Origin: an uncultured Clostridia bacterium
GTDB taxonomy: Bacteria; Bacillota; Clostridia; Christensenellales; Aristaeellaceae
Length of the DNA stretch: 22,937 bases
Assembly (NCBI GenBank): GCA_937907055.1
Contig: CALCTW010000011.1
Span: 1-22,937 of the forward strand
Reading direction: 5' to 3'
In this document: positions 14,787-21,192 of the stretch, in pieces
Layout of the letters: each line of letters begins with the position of its first letter
How positions within the stretch are numbered: position 1 is the first letter of the stretch
Made by a program: the position numbers and the translations under genes
The notes under the pieces: generated by a model
Databases searched by the model: none
What the model was told of the DNA's origin: nothing
Seen by the model: the letters and a program-made list of their open reading frames with translations, nothing else

Positions 14787-15611
14787 TCAGAAAAGTTCAG
14801 CGATCGCGGCCCGCCAGGCGGCGACGAAGGAACCGACGGTTTCATATCGCTTGTCCGGATCGGCGGCTGAGGCCTTCAGGATCACGGGGAGGAGGGGCTG
14901 CGGCGTATAGACGGTGTGCCCCTGAAGCGAAGGATCTCCCATCAGCAGGGCGGCCAGCCGTCCCAGCTTCCAGACCGTGGCGCGCTGGTCGATCGTTGCC
15001 CCTTTTTCCAGTTCTTCAGGCGACAGGAAATCCGCTTCTCCGGGAAGCCAGCCCATCAGATTCTGACAGGGATATTGACGGTAGAGATCGATATCACATA
15101 CATGGATATCCGGCTGATCCATATTGATCAGGAGATTACGGGGAGACAGGTCAACAGCCATCCATCCGGTTTCAGCCAGTTGGAGATGGAGGGAAAAGAC
15201 TTTTTCCAGCATCCTGAGTTTTTCAAGGACCGGCAGGGTATAGACGGCATCCGAGACCCGCAGCGTGTTCTCATCACGGAGAGGTTCACCGTCCACCCAT
15301 TCATAAAACGCCGCGTAGCCGTTTCCGACCGGGCCGTGTGTGAGCAGACGCGGCAAGGCCGGATGAACAGGATAACGCTCTGCTGCCCGGCGAAGCGTGA
15401 TCACCGCTTCTACCGGCGGGATGGTGGCGTTGACGGCAGGCGCGCCCGCGTATTTGACAAAAAGGCGGCCATAGCTGCCCTCCACACCGAAGCACAGATT
15501 GCCGGAGACCAGTTGATCCATGACCTTAAAGACCTGTCCGTAGGGGAGCAGGAAAGACAGATCGTGCGGCTCACGCATTTCAAAACGAATGCCGTTGATC
15601 TGAAAGAGCAT
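14787..15611 (-). CDS. Stand-alone Hanks-type (eukaryotic-like) Ser/Thr protein-kinase-like protein, 274 aa
   Basis: These kinase elements can be read:
- Gly-rich FGVEGSYG plus LFVK (the VAIK Lys equivalent)
- hinge YEWVDGEPL
- catalytic loop VDLSPRNLLI (D-L-K-P-x-N type)
- CDIDLY (DFG equivalent)
- FLSPEEL (APE)
- DQRATVWKLGRLAALLMG (subdomain IX)
- DPDKRY (subdomain XI)
There is no TM, PASTA or other domain. An AGGAGG SD lies 9 nt upstream. Confidence 0.72.
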   Translation of the reverse strand: MLFQINGIRFEMREPHDLSFLLPYGQVFKVMDQLVSGNLCFGVEGSYGRLFVKYAGAPAVNATIPPVEAVITLRRAAERYPVHPALPRLLTHGPVGNGYAAFYEWVDGEPLRDENTLRVSDAVYTLPVLEKLRMLEKVFSLHLQLAETGWMAVDLSPRNLLINMDQPDIHVCDIDLYRQYPCQNLMGWLPGEADFLSPEELEKGATIDQRATVWKLGRLAALLMGDPSLQGHTVYTPQPLLPVILKASAADPDKRYETVGSFVAAWRAAIAELF

Positions 15612-15656
15612 AAGTGACCGCCTCCTGTGCTGTGTTTATCGTCTTTATTATAATCA

Positions 15657-15686
15657 TCAGATGGGAAAGGAAGCAAGATGGCTGAT
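15657..15686 (-). promoter_or_regulatory. Putative sigma-A promoter of the kinase-like gene
   Basis: The minus strand reads TTGCTT (15686-15681), an 18-nt spacer, then TATAAT (15662-15657). Confidence 0.5.
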
Positions 15687-15711
15687 ACGATGACGATGTA
15701 AAAAATCTTAA

Positions 15712-15740
15712 TTGTATAAATCCTGTATTTTTGCTATAAT
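15712..15740 (+). promoter_or_regulatory. Putative sigma-A promoter of the ThrE-family exporter gene
   Basis: TTGTAT (15712-15717), a 17-nt spacer ending in TGC, then TATAAT (15735-15740). Confidence 0.55.
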
Positions 15741-15746
15741 GACTTC

Positions 15747-15808
15747 TCGCGGGAAACCGCGGAACCCAGGGGGAGAACCCCGGCGCGAAAGGACAAGGCG
15801 CGTTATAC
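15747..15808 (+). promoter_or_regulatory. GC-rich structured 5' leader (three hairpins), candidate cis-regulatory RNA
   Basis: P1 is UCGCGG-GAAA-CCGCGG (15747-15762). P2 is CC(A)GGGG-GAGAA-CCCCGG (15766-15783). P3 is CGCG-AAAGGACAAGG-CGCG (15784-15802, extendable by two G-U pairs). The only SD-like AAGG (15795-15798) sits in the P3 loop next to the 3' arm. Confidence 0.3.
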
Positions 15809-17017
15809 ATGCAGATCGAAAAGATAATGAGAGCCATCGGAACGGCGACCCGAATGATCCTCGAGAGCGGAGGGGAAACCTACCGCGCGGAGGAGACCGC
15901 CCTTCATATGGCCAGAGGCTTTGGCATACAGGACGTGGAGGTGTTCGCACTTCCGACGGGGATCATGATTACCCTGAATCAGGGGGAGGACAGTATCACC
16001 CGTATCATCCGTATTCATAAGGGGGAGACCAACCTGACCCGGCTGGATGAGTGCAACCGGATCTCCCGACAGGTGGCGGAAGGAAAACTGACCCCGGAGG
16101 AGACGATCGGGAGACTGCAGCGGATCGCGGATGATCAGGGCTACGCGCCCTGGTTGATGGTGGCCGCGTTTGCGGTCAGCTGCGGCTTCTTCTGTGTGAT
16201 GTTCAACGGAAGGGTGCCTGATCTGCTGGTGGCCTGCTTCATCGGCTTTGTCAGCAGGCTGGTGATGAATCTGCTGACGGCGCATCAGGTGCCGGGCATG
16301 CTTTCCGGTATGATGCTGGGATTCCTGATGACATTGATCAGTCAGCTGTTCGGGATGCTGATCCCTCATCTGAATACGGAAGCGATCGTATCGGGCGCGC
16401 TGATGCCGTTACTGCCCGGGCTTGCCATGACAGCGGCGATCCGTGATACCATCCGCGGAGATCTGGTTTCCGGCGGGGCCAAGGTGACCGAAGCCAGTAT
16501 GACCGCGGTCATGCTGGCAGCCGGCGCGGCGGTCATGCTGGCGATCTCTCCTCTGTCGCAGATAAATGAAGTGTTTGAGCCGTTGTGCGTACCTGTCAAG
16601 CTGACGGCCACCTTTATTGCCACTGCTTCCTTTGGCGTGCTGATGAATATCCGCTGGAAGAATTTCTTATTCGGCGCCGTTCTGGGGACCGTCGGCTACG
16701 GCATGTATCTGCTCTTTGATGAGACCGTCGGCGCATTCTTTATTGCCGCCATGTTCATGGCGATCCTCAGTGAAGGCACGGCGCGCCTGATGAAATGCAC
16801 GGCGACCATCCTGATCACCCCCAGCATCATTCCTCTGGTGCCGGGTCTCGGTCTGTATCGCACCATGCTTTATCTGGTGCAGAGCAATTACCGGGCCTGC
16901 GCGCAGACCGGGATCTATACCTGTCTGGGGATCCTGTGTATCGCGCTGGCGCTGACCATTTCGGCTGTGCTGTTTGTGAATATCAGCAGACATTCCGCAG
17001 GAACCAAAAGAAAATAA
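15809..17017 (+). CDS. Threonine/serine-exporter-family protein, fused ThrE (YjjP-like) and ThrE_2 (YjjB-like) halves
   Basis: The N-terminal ~250 aa (ILESGGETYRAEETALHMARGFG..., LMPLLPGLAMTAAIRDTIRGDLVSG) resemble YjjP/DUF1212. The C-terminal ~140 aa (SIIPLVPGLGLYRTM...) resemble YjjB/DUF3815. About 10 TM segments are apparent. An alternative start is ATG 15827. Confidence 0.85.
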   Translation: MQIEKIMRAIGTATRMILESGGETYRAEETALHMARGFGIQDVEVFALPTGIMITLNQGEDSITRIIRIHKGETNLTRLDECNRISRQVAEGKLTPEETIGRLQRIADDQGYAPWLMVAAFAVSCGFFCVMFNGRVPDLLVACFIGFVSRLVMNLLTAHQVPGMLSGMMLGFLMTLISQLFGMLIPHLNTEAIVSGALMPLLPGLAMTAAIRDTIRGDLVSGGAKVTEASMTAVMLAAGAAVMLAISPLSQINEVFEPLCVPVKLTATFIATASFGVLMNIRWKNFLFGAVLGTVGYGMYLLFDETVGAFFIAAMFMAILSEGTARLMKCTATILITPSIIPLVPGLGLYRTMLYLVQSNYRACAQTGIYTCLGILCIALALTISAVLFVNISRHSAGTKRK

Positions 17018-17072
17018 AGACATACAAAACGGAGCCGCTCCGGATCCAAGATATCTGAAAGGAAAAGATAAT

Positions 17073-17834
17073 ATGCGTTTTCTGATCACCAATGATGACG
17101 GGATTGATTCTGTCGGCATTCAGGCTTTGAAGAATGCCGCGCTGCGCAGAGGCCACACCTGCTTTGTTTCCGCGCCTTTGCACCAGTGCAGCGCCAATTC
17201 ACAGCATATCACGCTGTTTCAGCCCTTAAAGACCTTCCGACGTACCGAAGGCTATGAAGGCTGTGAGGCGTACGCGGTGGACGGTACGCCGGCGGACTGT
17301 GTGCGCATCAGTCAGCCTCTGTTCCATGATGTCCCGGTTGATTTTGTACTTTCCGGCATCAACTGGGGTGAGAATGTGGGCGCGGGCATCTATTACAGCG
17401 GTACGCTCGCGGCCGCGCGCGAGGCGTCCATGATGTATTACCGGGCCATCGCGGTCTCCATCGTGGGCGGCGCGGATGAAAAGGCCTTTGACGCCGCGGC
17501 GGAACGCGCGGTGATCATGGCGGAACAACTGAAGGAGACGGCATTCCCGCGGCTGGGTGTGATAAACCTCAATTTCCCGGCAACGGACGCGGAGACCTGG
17601 GGCGAAATGAAGCTTTGCCCGGCGGCGACTTCTTACTTCCATGACCGCTACAAAGCGAGGGAGGACGAAGACGGTGAGCGGGTGTTTGAACTGCAGCACG
17701 GCAGCACGATGGAGGAGCCGGAAGAGGGGACCGAATCGTATTATCTGCGCCGCAATCATCCGACCTGTACTTTTTTGACGGGTTACAATAATATAAATGC
17801 AGAATTTGCCGCGACATTTGCGAACCTGACCTGA
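17073..17834 (+). CDS. surE: 5'/3'-nucleotidase SurE
   Basis: MRFLITNDDGIDSVGIQAL carries the SurE NDDG motif. GTPADCV, SGINWGENVG and YSGTLAAAREA blocks are also present. Length is 253 aa. Confidence 0.92.
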   Translation: MRFLITNDDGIDSVGIQALKNAALRRGHTCFVSAPLHQCSANSQHITLFQPLKTFRRTEGYEGCEAYAVDGTPADCVRISQPLFHDVPVDFVLSGINWGENVGAGIYYSGTLAAAREASMMYYRAIAVSIVGGADEKAFDAAAERAVIMAEQLKETAFPRLGVINLNFPATDAETWGEMKLCPAATSYFHDRYKAREDEDGERVFELQHGSTMEEPEEGTESYYLRRNHPTCTFLTGYNNINAEFAATFANLT

Positions 17835-17878
17835 AGAGAACCTGCATCTTTAGAATATGGACCTGTGGCGGCCGAAAA

Positions 17879-17916
17879 TGCAAGAAAAATGCAGGAAACC
17901 CTGCAATAAACTTGCA
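17879..17916. promoter_or_regulatory. Nested inverted repeats (candidate operator) overlapping the -35 of the RpiR-family gene promoter
   Basis: The outer arms are TGCAAG (17879-17884) / CTTGCA (17911-17916). The inner arms are TGCAGG (17890-17895) / CCTGCA (17900-17905). Further TGCA-core copies lie near 17843 and 17944. Confidence 0.4.
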
Positions 17917-17940
17917 AATTTGACTGACGCGCGTTATAAT
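17912..17940 (+). promoter_or_regulatory. Putative sigma-A promoter of the RpiR/MurR-family regulator
   Basis: TTGCAA (17912-17917), a 17-nt spacer, TATAAT (17935-17940). GAGGAGG lies 6-7 nt before the ATG at 17968. Confidence 0.6.
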
Positions 17941-17967
17941 AGATGCAGCCAATGAGGAGGAAGCACC

Positions 17968-18825
17968 ATGGAAGAGACAAGACTGATCGGTCAACTGAAT
18001 CTCAACGGAAAAAAGCTTTCCAAGGGTCATGCCCGTATCGCGGATTTTATTGAAAAGCATTATGATAAAGCGGTTTTTATGACAGCCAGTGTTCTGGGGG
18101 ATACAGTGGGTGTCAGCGAATCCACGGTGGTACGCTTTGCCTCCGCGCTGGGCTATGAAGGCTATCCGGAAATGCAGAAATCCCTTCAGGAACTGGTGCG
18201 TCATCGTCTCACCAGCGCGCAGCGTTTTGAGATGACGGCGGATGTTTCCCGAAAGGACGCGATGAGCCGTGTTCTGAAAACAGACATGAACAACATCCGC
18301 AACACGATCGAAGAGATCAATGAGGATAAATTCCTTCAGGTGGTCGATTCCATCAAGGACGCTTCCACGATCTATGTGCTGGGGCTGCGCAGCGCCGCGC
18401 CGCTCAGTGAATTTTTCGGCTATTATCTGCACTTCATTTTTGATGATGTCCGCGTGGTCGGTGTCGGATCGACCGATGTTTTTGAGTCGATCGCGCGCAT
18501 CGGCAAAGGGGATGTGCTGATCGGCATTTCTTTCCCGCGCTATTCCACCCGTACGCTGGAGGCGATGCGTTTCGCCCGCAAGCACGGGGCCACGGTGGTC
18601 GGCCTGACGGACGGTCCCATGAGTCCGCTGGTCAATGAGGCGGAGGTGTGTCTCAGCGCACGTACCGATATGGCCAGTTTTGTGGATTCACTGGTCGCCC
18701 CCCTCAGCGTGATCAACGCGCTGCTCGTGGCGCTGGCGATCGAAAAGAAGGGCGACCTGAGCCGCAATCTTGACCGCCTTGAGGAGATCTGGAATGCATT
18801 CAGCATTTATACCAACAAAGAATGA
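17968..18825 (+). CDS. MurR/RpiR-family transcriptional regulator (HTH_6 + SIS domain)
   Basis: LSKGHARIADFIEKHYDKAVFMTASVLGDTVGVSESTVVRFASALGYEGYPEMQ is the RpiR-type HTH. The C-terminal SIS domain reads IYVLGLRSAAPL...DVLIGISFPRYSTRT...GATVVGLTD. Confidence 0.9.
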   Translation: MEETRLIGQLNLNGKKLSKGHARIADFIEKHYDKAVFMTASVLGDTVGVSESTVVRFASALGYEGYPEMQKSLQELVRHRLTSAQRFEMTADVSRKDAMSRVLKTDMNNIRNTIEEINEDKFLQVVDSIKDASTIYVLGLRSAAPLSEFFGYYLHFIFDDVRVVGVGSTDVFESIARIGKGDVLIGISFPRYSTRTLEAMRFARKHGATVVGLTDGPMSPLVNEAEVCLSARTDMASFVDSLVAPLSVINALLVALAIEKKGDLSRNLDRLEEIWNAFSIYTNKE

Positions 18826-20074
18826 TGTGATCGTGATCGGCGGCGGCGCGGCCGGGCTGATGGCAGCCTATTTCGCGGCAGCGAACGGCGCGAAGACATT
18901 GCTGATCGAAAAGAATGAGAAGCTGGGCAAGAAGATCTACATTACCGGCAAAGGCCGCTGCAACGTGACCAATGATACCCTGGATAATGAGGAATTTCTG
19001 CGCCATGTGATGCGGAATCCGCGTTTCCTGTACGGAGCGCTGAAGCATTTCAGCCCGCAGGATATGCAGGCCCTGCTGGAGCAGCTGGGCTGCCCTGTGA
19101 AGGTGGAACGCGGACGCAGGGTGTTCCCGGTCTCCGATAAGGCCAGCGATGTCACGCGGGCCCTGGAGAGCGGTGTGCGTTCCATGGGAGGGAGCATCCG
19201 TCTGAGTACGGAAGTGAAAGAGCTGCTCTGTGAAGGGGACGCGATCCGGGGCGTGCTGCTGAAGGACGGAACGCGCCTGGAGGCTGCTGCTGTGATCGTC
19301 TGCACCGGCGGGCTTTCTTATCCTTCCACCGGTTCTACGGGGGATGGCTACCGTTTCGCGAAGGAAACAGGGCATCAGCTGATGCCGACTTCGCCGAGCC
19401 TGACAGGGCTCAATACAGCGGAAAACTGGCCTTCCGCGCTGGAGGGGCTCTCGCTTAAAAACATCGGCCTGACCTGTACGCGGGGTCAGAAGGTGCTGTA
19501 TAAAGAGCAGGGAGAGATGCTGTTCACGCATTACGGGATTTCCGGTCCGCTCGTGCTGCAGCTGAGCAGCATGCTGGCCGGAGAGGATCTGAAAGATGTT
19601 CGTATCCTGCTGGATCTGAAGAGCGCGCTGACCAATGAGCAGCTGGATGAACGCCTGCAGCGTGAGATCCGTGAAAACGGCGCCCGTCAGTTTGATAACA
19701 TGCTGAAGAATCTGCTGCCGCAGCGAATGGCGGAGTTATTCCCCAAGCTGTGCGGGATCGACGGTACAGAAAAGTGCGGACAGATCAGCCTTGAGAAGCG
19801 GAGAACGCTGCTGACGATGCTGAAGGCGCTGCCGCTCACGCCCGCGTCCCTGCGCGGATATAACGAAGCCGTCGTCACACGGGGCGGTGTCAGCGTAAAG
19901 GATGTGTCTCCGCGCGACTGTCAGAGCAAACTCATCCGCGGGCTTTATTTCGCGGGCGAGGTACTGGATCTGGATGCCCATACCGGCGGCTATAACCTGC
20001 AGATCGCGTTTTCAACCGCGGCGCTGGCCGGGGAAAACGCCGCTCTGCAGGCGCTGACGGCGCAGGAAGCATAA
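18794..20074 (+). CDS. HI0933/BaiN-like NAD(P)/FAD-dependent oxidoreductase (aminoacetone-oxidase family flavoprotein)
   Basis: DVIVIGGGAAGLMAAYFAA...TGKGRCNVTN...GRVFP...VIVCTGGLSYPSTGSTGDGY...FTHYGISGP...VTRGGVSVKDV...LYFAGEVLDLDAHTGGYNLQIAF is the family signature. I set the start at ATG 18794 (GAGGAG 7 nt upstream). This overlaps the regulator gene by 32 nt. Confidence 0.87.
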   Translation: MHSAFIPTKNDVIVIGGGAAGLMAAYFAAANGAKTLLIEKNEKLGKKIYITGKGRCNVTNDTLDNEEFLRHVMRNPRFLYGALKHFSPQDMQALLEQLGCPVKVERGRRVFPVSDKASDVTRALESGVRSMGGSIRLSTEVKELLCEGDAIRGVLLKDGTRLEAAAVIVCTGGLSYPSTGSTGDGYRFAKETGHQLMPTSPSLTGLNTAENWPSALEGLSLKNIGLTCTRGQKVLYKEQGEMLFTHYGISGPLVLQLSSMLAGEDLKDVRILLDLKSALTNEQLDERLQREIRENGARQFDNMLKNLLPQRMAELFPKLCGIDGTEKCGQISLEKRRTLLTMLKALPLTPASLRGYNEAVVTRGGVSVKDVSPRDCQSKLIRGLYFAGEVLDLDAHTGGYNLQIAFSTAALAGENAALQALTAQEA

Positions 20075-20203
20075 GTTTGCTTCATCGAGATCGATAACGA
20101 CTTCGCACAGGCGGCCTGAACTGTTATGTTTTTTATCAGCGAGGGCATACCTGTACGATGTTGTCTGAAAGATAATAAACAGTAAGATCGGAATAATAAT
20201 AAC

Positions 20204-21148
20204 ATGCAGTATATTGTAGTGGACCTGGAATGGAACCAGCCGACAAGCTATAATTCTCCGGCTTTCAAAAAGGTGGGGGGAAAGCTTCTTTTTGAGATGA
20301 TCCAGATCGGCGCCGTGCGCGTCAATGAAAAGCTGGAGGTGACGGACAGCTTCTGTAAACTGATCCGCCCCATACACTACACCCGTCTGCATCCGCGTAT
20401 CCGCCGGATCACTCACATTGAACAGGAGATGCTGGAGGAAGCGGATCTGTTCTGTGATGTGATGGATGAGTTCAGCGCGTGGTGCGGCGAGGATTGCATC
20501 CTGCTCACCTGGGGATGCGATGACATTTCCGTGCTGGATCAGAACATGACCTTCTTTGAGAGCAAGGCGAAGATCGCACCGATGTATGATATGCAGCGCC
20601 TCTTCGGAGAACTGAGCGGCAACAGCAAGGAACGGAAAGGGCTGAAGGCTGCCATGGAGCAGCTGCAGATCCAGCCTGATGAGGAGGAAATGCCTTTCCA
20701 TAACGCGCTGAATGACGCCTACTATACCGCGCTGGTATTCGCTACCTTCCCGGAACCGGAGAAGGTGCTGAATTACCCGCTTGTTCCCCGGAAACTGCAG
20801 CATATCGAACACCGCAAGGAACAGCAGGTGGCTATCCGCGTGAAAAACGAGGAGGAAGGCCTACGCAGCGCCACGGCCAATATGCCGAACTGCCCGGTAT
20901 GCGGCAAAAAATTCGAACTGACAGAGGGCTACGTGCTGCAGGACGACGGCAGCAGGATCGCGCTGAGCGAATGCCCCAATCACGGCCTGATGATGAGCCG
21001 CATCCGTTTTGAGAAGGATGAGAACGGGAAAAAGGTGCTCACCCGTTCTGTGACACTTTCGGATGAGCAGAGCAAGGCTTATGTGGCGACCAAGCATCTG
21101 CAATGGCAGCGCAAGCTGGCGATGCAGGCGGAGCATCAGACGGAATAA
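20204..21148 (+). CDS. DEDDh 3'-5' exonuclease (ERI-1/KapD-like) with a C-terminal CxxC...CxxH zinc-ribbon extension
   Basis: Exo motif I is VVDLEWN, motif II is TWGCDDISVL and motif III is FHNALNDAYYTA. The C-terminal ~120 aa contain NCPVCGKKF...SECPNHG. The SD is weak and the leader is AT-rich. Confidence 0.82.
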   Translation: MQYIVVDLEWNQPTSYNSPAFKKVGGKLLFEMIQIGAVRVNEKLEVTDSFCKLIRPIHYTRLHPRIRRITHIEQEMLEEADLFCDVMDEFSAWCGEDCILLTWGCDDISVLDQNMTFFESKAKIAPMYDMQRLFGELSGNSKERKGLKAAMEQLQIQPDEEEMPFHNALNDAYYTALVFATFPEPEKVLNYPLVPRKLQHIEHRKEQQVAIRVKNEEEGLRSATANMPNCPVCGKKFELTEGYVLQDDGSRIALSECPNHGLMMSRIRFEKDENGKKVLTRSVTLSDEQSKAYVATKHLQWQRKLAMQAEHQTE

Positions 21149-21192
21149 ACAGGATCAGTCTTTTCTTTTTGACCTCCGTTCAGAGGTGCCTT

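Noticed and set aside
15761-15805. Resemblance of ACCC...AGGACAAG.CGCG in the thrE leader to the guanidine-III (ykkC-III) riboswitch, as I recall it (…GUACCCGGUCAGGACAAGACGGCGC).
   Set aside because: In this leader a ~20-nt hairpin is inserted between the ACCC and AGGACAAG elements. The required pseudoknot pairing is not reproduced. The associated gene is not a SugE/EmrE-type guanidine exporter. AGGACAAGG may simply be SD-like sequence.
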